Assembly (NCBI GenBank): GCA_038045705.1
Contig: JBBSXO010000003.1
Coordinates: 1 to 64,000, forward strand
Length of the DNA: 64,000 nt
Direction: 5' to 3'
Source of the DNA: Nanobdellota archaeon
Lineage (GTDB): Archaea; Nanobdellota; Nanobdellia; Pacearchaeales; GW2011-AR1
Below are positions 20,125 through 30,513 of the stretch, piece by piece (positions within the stretch are counted from its first letter, which is position 1; every line of letters starts with the position of its first letter). A model generated the notes under the pieces. It was not told the DNA's origin, did no database searches, and saw nothing but the letters and a program-made list of their open reading frames with translations. Made by a program: the position numbers and the translations under genes.

Positions 20125-20424
20125 TTAAGAATGGGCTCCTTTTGTAGCACCTTTAACACGACGTGCCTCAATTTCAGTTTCTCTTAATGTAATTAAATCT
20201 CCAATTCTTACAGGTCCTTTAACATTTCGCCTCATTTCTTTACCGTTATTCCTACCTTCTAAAATTTTACATTCAACTTGAGTTATCTCTCCCCTAGCAC
20301 CAGTTCTTAAAATCAATTTTTGAATAACTGCTTTCGCAGGAGTCTCATTAGAAAGTTTACCTGGAGAACTAGACGGAGACTGATTTGTATTTTCCTTAAC
20401 TGGTCTAAGTTTGTTTCCACCCAT
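20125..20424 (-). CDS. rps28e: 30S ribosomal protein S28e with N-terminal extension
   Basis: RTGARGEITQV...RRNVKGPVRIGDLITLRETEIEAR. Confidence 0.93.
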   Translation of the reverse strand: MGGNKLRPVKENTNQSPSSSPGKLSNETPAKAVIQKLILRTGARGEITQVECKILEGRNNGKEMRRNVKGPVRIGDLITLRETEIEARRVKGATKGAHS

Positions 20425-20426
20425 TT

Positions 20427-20741
20427 TTACTTGCCTCTTGAGTTATGTAATATCTGTATTTCTTTATCTGCTTCACCAGCATCAATTATTGCAACAGCAC
20501 TTGTAGAAACAGGAATTCCAACAGCAACACCTAGTTTTTGCTTAGAGTCCACTTCAAAGCAAGGAATATTTTTCTCTTTAGAAAGAACTGCAAGATGAGC
20601 AACAATTTCCTTAGGACTTACATCAGCAGCATAAAATACAGCTTTAGCAACTCCTCTTTCAATTGCTTTAGTAACTTCGTTAGTTCCCTTATCGACCTTT
20701 CCAGTCTTTCTTGCCTTTTCTATTATATTGTAGTAGTCCAT
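20427..20741 (-). CDS. rpl7ae: 50S ribosomal protein L7Ae
   Basis: KGTNEVTKAIERG, AADVSPKEIV, LGVAVGI. Confidence 0.96.
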   Translation of the reverse strand: MDYYNIIEKARKTGKVDKGTNEVTKAIERGVAKAVFYAADVSPKEIVAHLAVLSKEKNIPCFEVDSKQKLGVAVGIPVSTSAVAIIDAGEADKEIQILHNSRGK

Positions 20742-20878
20742 TTTCTAAAACCAACAGTAAAGAGTAAGCCTCATTAGTCATTGGCTAAAAAAGCTCGAAT
20801 TGAGTCTTTATAAATCTTACTCTATAAGATAAAATTATGCTTGCAGATATCAGTCAACTTTGCATAACCTTTGTCATT

Positions 20879-22345
20879 CTATAAATTACTGTTACAGTCA
20901 ACCTCCTCTAAAATTACCTTTTCAGGCGCCATTATTTGATAGTCAGGTCCAGTAATTTCAACCATAAAGTTCATAGTAATATGTGTAAGATTAATTTCAT
21001 TGTCCATGTTATAATCCTTGCATAAATAATTCAAGTAATAAGACCTATAAATCTCATAATTTCTATCCCACATATTCATTAAATACTTTCTCCATCTTTC
21101 ATGGGTGTATAAATTAGCAACATGATGAGGTTTCTCGAATGTAACAACTTGATCAGTCAACAAATCAATATGATCACCATTAGCAAGTTCACCATCAATA
21201 ACATACCATCCATCTTCTTTGAGTGGAAATGGTGAAAACATATTCCAATATTGATCTATTCTCAGCTTTTGAGCAATAACCTCCCATTTATCGGGTACAG
21301 CATTACTTTTGCCAAGTGTCTGAATATTCCATAATAGTATGTAAATTATAAAGAAAAATGCAATCAAATTAAAAACTACTTTCTTCCAATTTATTTTAAT
21401 ATTATCTAATTCGTAATAATAAAGCTTTTTATCTCTTAGAAAATTAAGTTTATTTGATATTTTATCCCAAAATGCCGAAGGTAAAAATAAGATAAAAGCA
21501 ACAATCCCTACAAATGGAAAATGTCCTAAATTAAGAAATAGAGCCATTCCAATCAAAGTTGCAAGGAAAGCGAACGTAGTTGCTATTCTAATTTGTTTAA
21601 AGAAAAATGGCACAAATAAAAGAATTGGACCAATAAGTTCAAGAAAATAAACAAAATGAGTCATACCAAACATTAAATCAGGATAATTAAGCAGAAACTT
21701 TCCTAAATGTGTAGCAAATTGATCAAGTTGTAGAGCATAATAAATTGCAGTACCATTAGGAAACCATTCATTGCCAGTTTTAAGCAAAGCAGAAAAGAAA
21801 TAAACAAAGGCTACTTGTAAAAGAATTCCTGCAGTTCCAAAAGACACAACATTTTTGTTATTACCATCTTTAACTTTTCCTCGTATTGCATCAAGAGAAT
21901 ATCTTAAATTAAGAGGTAAGAACATAGCCCAAAATAATAATACTCTTAACATTATATCTCCACCTTGTAATATTGTAGGATTACGTGAATGAAGAGATAT
22001 CAATAAAAACCACGAAACAATTGTAGCTAATCTAGTCTTATAACCTAATAATAATAAAATTGCGAATAAGCCTGCAATCATAAACAAAATAGACTGGAAC
22101 AAAAAACCACCACTTATAATATGTATTGATACCCACCCAGTATCTGCAAATATCGAATTATAAAAATCAAGAGGTAAAACTCCATAATCTGTATAGTGGG
22201 CAACTAATGCAAAACTTCTAACAATTAAATCAAAAATCAAAATTAACGCCAAACAAATTCTAAAGATAGAAAGAGCACGAGCATCTATACCAAAAACATT
22301 TTTAACACCATCTTCAATTCTTTTAATCATCGTCGGAAATAGCAA
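20879..22345 (-). CDS. HTTM-domain membrane protein
   Basis: IDARALSIFRI, YTDYGVLP, RNP..LQGGD, VYFFSALLK, QYWNMFSP. Confidence 0.8.
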   Translation of the reverse strand: MLFPTMIKRIEDGVKNVFGIDARALSIFRICLALILIFDLIVRSFALVAHYTDYGVLPLDFYNSIFADTGWVSIHIISGGFLFQSILFMIAGLFAILLLLGYKTRLATIVSWFLLISLHSRNPTILQGGDIMLRVLLFWAMFLPLNLRYSLDAIRGKVKDGNNKNVVSFGTAGILLQVAFVYFFSALLKTGNEWFPNGTAIYYALQLDQFATHLGKFLLNYPDLMFGMTHFVYFLELIGPILLFVPFFFKQIRIATTFAFLATLIGMALFLNLGHFPFVGIVAFILFLPSAFWDKISNKLNFLRDKKLYYYELDNIKINWKKVVFNLIAFFFIIYILLWNIQTLGKSNAVPDKWEVIAQKLRIDQYWNMFSPFPLKEDGWYVIDGELANGDHIDLLTDQVVTFEKPHHVANLYTHERWRKYLMNMWDRNYEIYRSYYLNYLCKDYNMDNEINLTHITMNFMVEITGPDYQIMAPEKVILEEVDCNSNL

Positions 22346-22368
22346 GAAAAAGTAGTAATTAAACTTAT

Positions 22369-25300
22369 TTAATTTCTACCAAAAAGTCTCTTAAAAAACC
22401 TTATCAAAGCATTATCTATCTTAGCATCCTCTCCAGCAATAACAGCCCCCCCACCAGTACTTCCACCACTGTCTCCACCACTTGTCGACCCCCCACTATC
22501 TCCACCAGAAGTTGAGCCACTCGTAGAACCGCCAGAATCTCCTGATGTTGAGCCCCCTGTATACGACCCCCCACTAGTATAGGAACCACTATCTCCTCCC
22601 GTATATGAACCACCAGTATAACTTCCTCCAGTATAAGAACCGCCTGTGTAGCTACCCCCAGTATAACCAGAACCAGTTGTTGTTCCACTATATGATCCTC
22701 CACTAGTATAACCGGAACCAGTGTATGAACCACCTGTGTAAGATCCACCAGTATATGATCCCCCAGAAGAAGGATAAGCAGCAGCATAAGCAGCTGCATC
22801 AGCTGCAGCACTATAACCTTCAGGACCATAATTCCCTCCACTATAGGTATTTGTTGCAGGATCATAAGTTCCATAACCTCCCGGATATGAGTTATAAGGT
22901 GTTCCCCCTACAGGGCCAGTATAAGATCCACTATAAGGAGCAACCCCTCCAGGATAAGCTCCACCGGGCCACCCTGCTGCAGCTGCAGCAGGATTATAAC
23001 CACCATAACCTGAAGCTCCAGGACCCATGGAACCACCCATTGAAGCACCATATTCTTCAGCAGTAACAGTACTTCCGTCAGGTCTAACACCATTATACAT
23101 CCCATCAGGTCTCACATGCCAAATAATTCCATTACCAGTACCATCGACGATTGTAGAGGGTCTTGCAACATAAGCTCCTTGTTGACCAGCGTAAGAACCA
23201 AATGTAGCTGCACCACCATAGTAACCATTGTAATTTCCACCAGCAACATAACTTCCATATCCAGCATATCCAGATCTACCACTAGATGAAGGAGTAGCAG
23301 GACTTAAACTTGGAGAGCCATCCACGGGAGCAGTTGGAGAAGGAGCAACACTTCCATCTATTTTCCAAGAACCATCAGCATTTTTTACCCAAGTGTTTCC
23401 ATTCATGTCTTCTTGCTTTTCTTTACCCTCTTCAACTCGATATTTCGGATCAAATTTTTGATAATTATCATATTGAGTATAAGTTCCGCTGGGATTGTAA
23501 ACATAATAAGAATTAGAGTAAGTATTTTGTCTTACTTCAGTAGGAGCTGTACTTCCTTCACTGGTAGTGTAATATCCCCCATATTTATAGTCGCCACAGC
23601 CAACACATTCACCTGTTTTCATATTCCATGATTTGCTTCCATCACTAGCAGCCCACATGCCTGTTGCAGCATCAAATCCCCAAGGTTTTCCAGTGGCATC
23701 AACTACGCCCTCGACATAAGGTTTAACTTGTCCCCTATAATCCGTATATGTTCCATCTGGAGCTACATAACCATAAGCACTTGGTGGAGGTGCAAAAACA
23801 TTCCCACTAGAAGATTGCCAAGTTCCATCAGAAGAGTCCCAAGACCAAATTATGCCTTTAGCATCAGTATAACTGCCAGCATTTTCATGACCAACAGGAC
23901 CATCTACAAAAGAACGCTGTACTACAACGCCATTAGTAGATTCTTTCCAAACACCATCTCCTTCATAATGCCATTTAGAGCCATCAGCAACAGAATAAAC
24001 ATATTCGTCGTTTGTCGCATCATAATTGTAAACATCATCATGATAAAGAGTTCCTTCAGAAGGGGTAAATACTTGTCCGCTCTCTCCATTTACTAAAGAG
24101 GTCTCCCAAGTTGGATCATAGTCCCATTGAGTGACAAGTCCTGTATTATCTGTATAAGTAACTGAAATAGGACCTACTAATCCAACTCCATCTCCTTCAA
24201 AAATATAAGTTCCTTCAGCATAAGGCAAAGCAACTTCTTCATGGTTTGCAATAACTGTTTCTACTGTCTCTGCCTCTGTTTCAGAAGCAGTTTCTTCGGT
24301 GGCTGAATCACTAGATTCTACATTTGCCTCATAACCTGTTGTCGAGAAAATATACTCTACAATTGTTCCATCAGCAGCTTCTGACCTATAATTATAAACT
24401 TCATTTCCTCTTTCAAAATCAGCTGTTGTAGCAAAACCAACAGGGTATTCCTGAGTATAACTTACACCAGATCTTGTAGTTACAACATAATTATTCTCCC
24501 CGTAAGTATAAATATAACCAGTAGCAGGATCAGAGTAAGGAACACTATGAGCATATGCTCCTGCCCAAACATAATTCTCATTCCATTCTCCATCTCTATA
24601 TCCTCTAATAACTCCGTCTTCTCCAACTTCAATTCTTCCAAGAGGAACAGCATCTGTATTCTCTCCTTCAGTTTGTTCAGTTTCTGTAGTAATCATTCCA
24701 GGACCAAAAAAGTCCTCTGCTTGTCCATAAACAGCATTCCATTCTTGTGCCCATCTTTCACCAACTGCCCTTTCTAAATCATTACCAGTTAACCCATCAG
24801 CAGTTAATTCAGCTCTCCATTGTTCCATCACTCCATTTCCATATAATTGTTGTCCGAGAAGTCTTGCATTTTCTGCTCTTACATTTTCAGCACGTAAAGC
24901 AACTAATCTTTCAGGATCATCAGCATACTCTTGCACAAGAGAATCATAATCTTCAATCAATTCCTCTGCAATTAATTGCTCTCTTTCTGTTTCAGCGACC
25001 AATTCTTCTGGAGTGAATGGCTCTGTATAAGCTAAAACATCTTCATCAACATTACTAACCTCAGCGCCATCTGCAATTAATTCAGCGTTCTCTAAAAGAG
25101 ATTCACTTTCTTGCAAGTGACCAAATCCTTCTAGACTAAGCTCGGCTTCTTCAGCATGTAAACATTCAGTAGCATGCCTGTGAGCGGTATTCAATAATTC
25201 TCTTATTGCTTCTGCTCTTTCTGTATCTCCTTCTGCCTCTAGTTGATTAGCTTCTTCTTGCAATTGTATGATCTGATCTCTAACTTCTGCAATGGTTTGA

Positions 25301-25995
25301 GTATTAGCTATAGCCTGCATTCTTGCTTGTAAAGTTGGGTCATTGCTAAATGCGTAATCTTGAAAAGTATTTCCAACTTCAAATGTTGAAGCATCACTGT
25401 TTTCAGCCACACCTTCAATAACTTCAATTCTTCTGCCCTCTACACCTGCATTTACATCTGCGACAGACAGTTGGATATCATTAAGTAAATCTAAAGTTTC
25501 AGCCTCATCTATTACACCATTAGCAATCTGTTCATCTAATGCAATTTCAAGAATATCAACATATTCGCTATAAGTCAAAGCCGTTTCAAATTCACCTGCT
25601 AATTCAATAGCAACAGAGTCAAAATTGTCAAGAGTAACTCCTTCAACACTAACTTCTTCAACTTCTAAATCTGCTTCAATACCTGCTAATTCTTCAGCCA
25701 TTCCATTCAATGCATCTTGTGCAGCTTCTATATCTCCATCTTCAATACAAATACCTGCTTCGTGATAATATTCTTCAGGAGTATGAGTGAAATCTAGAAA
25801 ATCATACCAATCTTGGGGAGTTATTCCTGCAACATCCTCGCTAAAAACTATTTCACTAGTAGAATCAACTCCAGACAAATCTTCAGTTTCAGGAGCATCT
25901 TGTGCATAAACACTAACACCAAAAAAACTAAAGAAGATTAATGATATTAAAAAAATAGAACTTACCCTCGAGAAAATCAATTTATTTCCCATCAC
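22369..25995 (-). CDS. Large secreted/surface protein: acidic helical N-half, aromatic beta-hairpin repeats, Gly/Ser/Tyr tail
   Basis: Signal peptide (VYA-QD), D/E-rich helices, (W/Y)D.ATG.W-type repeats, GGSYT repeats, amphipathic C-terminus. Confidence 0.85.
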   Translation of the reverse strand: MMGNKLIFSRVSSIFLISLIFFSFFGVSVYAQDAPETEDLSGVDSTSEIVFSEDVAGITPQDWYDFLDFTHTPEEYYHEAGICIEDGDIEAAQDALNGMAEELAGIEADLEVEEVSVEGVTLDNFDSVAIELAGEFETALTYSEYVDILEIALDEQIANGVIDEAETLDLLNDIQLSVADVNAGVEGRRIEVIEGVAENSDASTFEVGNTFQDYAFSNDPTLQARMQAIANTQTIAEVRDQIIQLQEEANQLEAEGDTERAEAIRELLNTAHRHATECLHAEEAELSLEGFGHLQESESLLENAELIADGAEVSNVDEDVLAYTEPFTPEELVAETEREQLIAEELIEDYDSLVQEYADDPERLVALRAENVRAENARLLGQQLYGNGVMEQWRAELTADGLTGNDLERAVGERWAQEWNAVYGQAEDFFGPGMITTETEQTEGENTDAVPLGRIEVGEDGVIRGYRDGEWNENYVWAGAYAHSVPYSDPATGYIYTYGENNYVVTTRSGVSYTQEYPVGFATTADFERGNEVYNYRSEAADGTIVEYIFSTTGYEANVESSDSATEETASETEAETVETVIANHEEVALPYAEGTYIFEGDGVGLVGPISVTYTDNTGLVTQWDYDPTWETSLVNGESGQVFTPSEGTLYHDDVYNYDATNDEYVYSVADGSKWHYEGDGVWKESTNGVVVQRSFVDGPVGHENAGSYTDAKGIIWSWDSSDGTWQSSSGNVFAPPPSAYGYVAPDGTYTDYRGQVKPYVEGVVDATGKPWGFDAATGMWAASDGSKSWNMKTGECVGCGDYKYGGYYTTSEGSTAPTEVRQNTYSNSYYVYNPSGTYTQYDNYQKFDPKYRVEEGKEKQEDMNGNTWVKNADGSWKIDGSVAPSPTAPVDGSPSLSPATPSSSGRSGYAGYGSYVAGGNYNGYYGGAATFGSYAGQQGAYVARPSTIVDGTGNGIIWHVRPDGMYNGVRPDGSTVTAEEYGASMGGSMGPGASGYGGYNPAAAAAGWPGGAYPGGVAPYSGSYTGPVGGTPYNSYPGGYGTYDPATNTYSGGNYGPEGYSAAADAAAYAAAYPSSGGSYTGGSYTGGSYTGSGYTSGGSYSGTTTGSGYTGGSYTGGSYTGGSYTGGSYTGGDSGSYTSGGSYTGGSTSGDSGGSTSGSTSGGDSGGSTSGGDSGGSTGGGAVIAGEDAKIDNALIRFFKRLFGRN
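22450..22765 (-). repeat. Coding tandem repeat of GGSYT/GGDSG pentapeptides (15-nt period)
   Basis: Protein-level repeats with synonymously diverged codons. Confidence 0.85.
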
Positions 25996-26031
25996 CTATC
26001 AATACAAGAATAATTTCCAACTATTTAAATC

Positions 26032-27000
26032 TTATTTCCATTTAACATTAACCATATCAGTTCTCTCGCGAGCATTAATCTCAACATCTTCTGGTTTCTT
26101 TTTAATCCCAGAATTAAATAAAATCTCACCAGTAAAAGCGATCATTCCCCCATTATCAACGAGAAATTCTTTAGCAGGACAAAATAATCTGGCTCCACGA
26201 GATTCACACATTAATCTACACATTTCTTGCAAACGCAGATTACAAGCAACTCCTCCACCTAAAACAAGTTCATTTTTACCAGTATGAGCAAGAGCTCTTT
26301 CAGCTGCTTCAACAAGCATTGCAAAAGCAGTTTCTTGCATTGAAAATGCTAAATCTTCAACACTATGACCTTTATCATAAAGTTGTTTCATTTTTGTTTG
26401 CATGCCAGAAAAAGAAACATCCATTCCCTTAATGGAATAAGGTAGCTCAATATATTTACCATTCTTAGCCTTTCCTTCAAGAACAGGACCAGCAGGAAAA
26501 GGAACACCTACATACCTTCCAAATGTATCTATAAAATTTCCAACTCCCAAATCAAGAGTCTCCCCAAAAACTCTATATTTTCCAGAAGAATAAGCTATAA
26601 CTTGAGTATTAGCTCCAGAAGCATATAGTAAAACAGGGTCTTTAGCTCCAACACTCTGACCAATCTCGAGATGGGCAATACAATGATTTACGGGAACAAG
26701 TTGCACACCTAATCCAATAGCTTTTTCTTTAGCAAAATTCAATCCAGCATATAAACAAGGAGCAAGTCCAGGAGCATTTGAAATAGCAATTGCCTCTATA
26801 TCTGGATCAGAACATCCTGCTTTAGATAAAGCTTCTTCCCAAATTTGTTGGGCTACAAGTTTATGGTGTTCTGCACTTTTATTAGGAATTATGCCACCTT
26901 CAGAAGGCTTATACATATCTTTAACATTAGCAAGAACATTTCCTTTAGAAACAACACCCACTCCAAAAGTATGAGCAGTAGTTTCAATACCAACTATCAT
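26032..27000 (-). CDS. kae1: tRNA t6A threonylcarbamoyltransferase Kae1
   Basis: GIETTAHT, EHH, VNHCIAHLEIG, SGANTQ, GETLD, DNGGMIA. Confidence 0.95.
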   Translation of the reverse strand: MIVGIETTAHTFGVGVVSKGNVLANVKDMYKPSEGGIIPNKSAEHHKLVAQQIWEEALSKAGCSDPDIEAIAISNAPGLAPCLYAGLNFAKEKAIGLGVQLVPVNHCIAHLEIGQSVGAKDPVLLYASGANTQVIAYSSGKYRVFGETLDLGVGNFIDTFGRYVGVPFPAGPVLEGKAKNGKYIELPYSIKGMDVSFSGMQTKMKQLYDKGHSVEDLAFSMQETAFAMLVEAAERALAHTGKNELVLGGGVACNLRLQEMCRLMCESRGARLFCPAKEFLVDNGGMIAFTGEILFNSGIKKKPEDVEINARERTDMVNVKWK

Positions 27001-27087
27001 AAAATTACCAGTAAAAAATTCTATTTAAATATAATTACTTAAATAAAAAAATAAACAAAACAAAAATAACCAAACTAAAACGTCAAA

Positions 27088-27213
27088 CTATCGACGTTTC
27101 TTCTTTCTCCCACCACGAGACATTTTAGCTTCACAAACATTGCCCTGTGCATCAACATAGTATAAGTAACCGTGTTGGCGCTTAACAATATTCTTCGCAA
27201 TAATTTTTCCCAT
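27088..27213 (-). CDS. 41-aa basic protein, CC1-like putative chromatin protein (missed by the ORF track)
   Basis: Hand translation MGKIIAKNIVKRQHGYLYYVDAQGNVCEAKMSRGGRKKKRR*; SD GGAGGTG 3 nt upstream; TATA further upstream. Confidence 0.8.
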   Translation of the reverse strand: MGKIIAKNIVKRQHGYLYYVDAQGNVCEAKMSRGGRKKKRR

Positions 27214-27294
27214 AAACACCTCCGACAATCCAAAAATCAACCTAATATTTAAATGTTTGTATTTATCGACGGTAAAACGAACTCCAAAAATAAA

Positions 27295-27672
27295 CTAGCG
27301 ACGATAATATTTTGCCAAAGTTTTAGTACTAACAAATTTCTTTACAAGAGGAAAATTAGAATTATTAAGTGGAATTTCTACAATTCTATAAAATTTTCTC
27401 TTTTGAGAAATAGAAAAAGTAAATGGTCTGACAATTTTAAAGCCAATAACTTTATTTTTTTCATCAAGCCATAAAGTCAAAAATGGGAAAAATACAAATA
27501 ATGATGTTAAATTACCTTGCCAAGTCACTGCTCTTGAAAAATCAAAGAGCAAAATGCTAGTATCTTTAGTTCTAAAAGTCAAACCTAAACCTCTGCTAAA
27601 AAAACCAGTTTGCCTAACGCTGAATTCAATTTTCCGCCCATTAAAGGAAACGACAAGTCTCATAAATATCAA
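27295..27672 (-). CDS. DUF192-like protein
   Basis: FFSRGLGLTFR..LLFDF..FVFFPFLTLWLD..IVEIP. Confidence 0.7.
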   Translation of the reverse strand: MIFMRLVVSFNGRKIEFSVRQTGFFSRGLGLTFRTKDTSILLFDFSRAVTWQGNLTSLFVFFPFLTLWLDEKNKVIGFKIVRPFTFSISQKRKFYRIVEIPLNNSNFPLVKKFVSTKTLAKYYRR

Positions 27673-27971
27673 ATATCTTTCATCTCTGATTTTATCTTAG
27701 ACATTTTACTAAGCTTATCTGAAACCTTATCAGACCTACCCTGCAACTCTTTTTTATGCTCCTGGAGTTTTGCCTCTTTTTCAGAGAGACTTGCAAGAAG
27801 TTTCTGCATTGCAAGTTCTTTCTGTCTACTTTCAGAAATACTCGAAGAAGTTTTCTCTATAGATTTCTTTAAAGAGTCTCTTTCCTTACTAAGAGAACTT
27901 ATCTCACTCTCAAGATCTTTAATTGCACCAGAAAGAGCAGAACCTTTTTTAACCACCATTTTATCAATCAA
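27669..27971 (-). CDS. Coiled-coil hypothetical protein
   Basis: Heptad pattern over the whole length. Confidence 0.7.
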   Translation of the reverse strand: MIDKMVVKKGSALSGAIKDLESEISSLSKERDSLKKSIEKTSSSISESRQKELAMQKLLASLSEKEAKLQEHKKELQGRSDKVSDKLSKMSKIKSEMKDI

Positions 27972-27987
27972 CCAACGATAAATCTAT

Positions 27988-28995
27988 TTATAAACGTTTC
28001 TTTAATTGGTTCGAAAGTTTATCTATTTCACTAATAGCCGAATCAAAAGAGTTTTTTGAGATATATCTTGAAGAATAAGCTCTATGTAAAACATCTTTTT
28101 GAGCTTCTAATTTACGTAATCCTTTAGCAGCATCGCTAAACTGAGTTTTTTTAATATATTCGATTTCTGATCTCCAGTTCTTAGTTTGCCTAACTGATCT
28201 GTTGTACCATAAATAACTAATAAGCATTATAAAAGAAAGCAAAAATATGAATATGCTCATGTAAATTCTAAAAGAATATTTATTAGTTTCAGGTGGACTC
28301 AAAAGCAGATTATTAGAAAGTGAAATCTGATATAAATCTAGTCCAAAAGAATTTCCACTTTTAGCAGAAGCAACCATCAAGACTTCATCATGACCATTTG
28401 TTCCAAGATTAAAGAAATGTTCAAATGAAGCTTGTCTTGAAACAGAAACAACTTCTTCAGAGTAACTTAAAAGATCTCCCTCTAAAGAATAAATCGAAAA
28501 TGCTAAAGCAATACCATTAGATCCAGGATTATTGTAATTAAGCTTGTAAACATCGATAATTGGAGAAAGAATAGTCTCTCCAGAAATAACTGAAATATCA
28601 GAATTAGCATCAAAATCAATCGAAACATCATATACCATTTCAGAACTTCTAGACTCCAGTCCAATAACTACTGGAATGTTTTGAACAATTTCGCTTTCTT
28701 TTGAAATAATTAATGTATCAAAATAAACACCCTTCTCTAACGCACCATTATCCACAATTAAGTTAAAAGAACCAAATTCCTCCTGAGCAACCTCTACAAA
28801 GGCAGTTTCAAGTTTAACAGCAGGAGAATTATCTCTCAAATTAGCAGTGTAACTTCCAGATTCACCAGAATTAAAAAAACTTACTGGAAAAACAGCACTT
28901 CCACGAGCGGTTATAATCTCAACAGTATGAGGTGTCTCTAAACTGCTGACAAAAGACAATGCAAAAAAGATAAAAAATAAAAATAGAGTTTTCAT
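27988..28995 (-). CDS. Secreted beta-rich protein with C-terminal TM and cytoplasmic helical tail
   Basis: Signal peptide, Ig-like strands, LLSPP + TM. Confidence 0.75.
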   Translation of the reverse strand: MKTLFLFFIFFALSFVSSLETPHTVEIITARGSAVFPVSFFNSGESGSYTANLRDNSPAVKLETAFVEVAQEEFGSFNLIVDNGALEKGVYFDTLIISKESEIVQNIPVVIGLESRSSEMVYDVSIDFDANSDISVISGETILSPIIDVYKLNYNNPGSNGIALAFSIYSLEGDLLSYSEEVVSVSRQASFEHFFNLGTNGHDEVLMVASAKSGNSFGLDLYQISLSNNLLLSPPETNKYSFRIYMSIFIFLLSFIMLISYLWYNRSVRQTKNWRSEIEYIKKTQFSDAAKGLRKLEAQKDVLHRAYSSRYISKNSFDSAISEIDKLSNQLKKRL

Positions 28996-30059
28996 TTAAT
29001 ATTTCCTACCAATTTAAATTGTTTTTTATTATTATGTTTAAAGAATAAAACTGCAAGAAAACAAACAATTAATGCTATGATCATAGCTCCAACAGCTACC
29101 CACGTTTGAGGCGTTATCAAAGAATCTGATATCTTAAAATGAGCTGTTGATGTAGCAAATCCTCCTATATACACTAGTTCAACACCTAGTATATAATCTC
29201 CAGGCTCAAGTCCTAGCGTTGAAAATCTCTTACTGTAACTTTTAGCTCCTCGAACATAAAATGTCTCAGATTCTGTATAACGTACATTTCCGTCAAAATC
29301 TTTTATAATATAATTCATAGTAACATCAACACCAGTTTCACCACCGACTTCTAAAAGTTCTATTAATGCAGGAAGTCTCTGGCCTGCCCTAAGAATACGA
29401 TATAAATCAGGAACGGTTATTGTCGCATCAAATAAAACTCCTTCGCTAACAACATTTAGTAAAACCAGAACTTCTTTTGTAATTCCCTGATAAGTTAATA
29501 TAATCTTTCCAGCATAAACGCCTGGTTCAGGAGCATTTATTGTAAATCTAAGAGGAGCCTTTTGACCAGGTGTTAAAGAAATCAAATCTGTGTTAAAATA
29601 AATATAATTATCAATCCCAGTTACACTCACAGTAATATCAATAGCAGTAGAGCCAGTATTCTCTAAAATTAACTCATTAGTTTCACTTTCTCCAGAGATA
29701 ATCTTAATATTAAAACTCTCTTCACTTACTTTAAAATTAGGAGTTGATGAATAACCTCCACTTCCTCCGTCTGACCCTGACCCAGATCCACCTCCAGATC
29801 CAGTAGATGAACATGAACCACAATCACTAGAACAAGAAGAACAAGTTTCAGCGCCATTACACAGTGCATCGCCACACTCTGCCTCAGAACCTTCTACAGT
29901 AATGCCAACACTAGCTTCAGAAGATGAATGTGCTACTAGTTTAGAATTATAATCATAAACATAAATTCCTATAGAGAAAAACAAACTAAAAAAAGCTAAT
30001 ATTCCAGAAATAACTAAAATAAAAAATAAAGATTTCTTGATCTCCACCATATATATCAA
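28992..30059 (-). CDS. Doubly membrane-anchored Ig-like protein with Cys-rich motif
   Basis: N-terminal TM, CGDALCNGAETCSSCSSDCGSC, G/S linker, ENTG..PGVYAGKI domain, C-terminal TM. Confidence 0.8.
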   Translation of the reverse strand: MIYMVEIKKSLFFILVISGILAFFSLFFSIGIYVYDYNSKLVAHSSSEASVGITVEGSEAECGDALCNGAETCSSCSSDCGSCSSTGSGGGSGSGSDGGSGGYSSTPNFKVSEESFNIKIISGESETNELILENTGSTAIDITVSVTGIDNYIYFNTDLISLTPGQKAPLRFTINAPEPGVYAGKIILTYQGITKEVLVLLNVVSEGVLFDATITVPDLYRILRAGQRLPALIELLEVGGETGVDVTMNYIIKDFDGNVRYTESETFYVRGAKSYSKRFSTLGLEPGDYILGVELVYIGGFATSTAHFKISDSLITPQTWVAVGAMIIALIVCFLAVLFFKHNNKKQFKLVGNIK

Positions 30060-30102
30060 AAGAAATATAGTATTAAATATGTTCGTAATATGTAATAAAA
30101 CA

Positions 30103-30513
30103 TCAAGTTAAGCGCATTAATTTGATATTAACATCACCAGTGTAATTTCCTAAAAGCTCAAGAGAATTTGCTGAAACAGTAAAGTAAAATTTAGAAGTGT
30201 GATAAGGTTCAACAATTAATGGTTCATAAGTAATTATCTTTTTTATAGAACCATCAAATTTAGGTTCAACTCTAACAGAAAAAGGATAAGAATTATTTAC
30301 CAAAATAGATCTAGTTGAACTACCCCCGAGAACAATGCTCCCAAAAGTTAAAGCAGTAGAATTAACGTCAAACCCAGCTACGTCTTGCGTAACAAAAGCA
30401 GTAGTTTGAAAAGAAAACTCTGAAATAGGAGTTATATAATAAAAATAGATAAAAAGAGTCATAACTAAAACAATCAAAGAAATAAAGAATGCAAGCACCA
30501 ATAAATTTTTCAT
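30103..30513 (-). CDS. Membrane-anchored single beta-domain protein
   Basis: TM followed by GFDVNSTALTFGSI...GNYTGDVNI. Confidence 0.75.
   Translation of the reverse strand: MKNLLVLAFFISLIVLVMTLFIYFYYITPISEFSFQTTAFVTQDVAGFDVNSTALTFGSIVLGGSSTRSILVNNSYPFSVRVEPKFDGSIKKIITYEPLIVEPYHTSKFYFTVSANSLELLGNYTGDVNIKLMRLT

Noticed and set aside
22450-22765. Periodic sequence as a CRISPR array
   Set aside because: 15-nt coding period with degenerate third positions, no unique spacers and no cas genes
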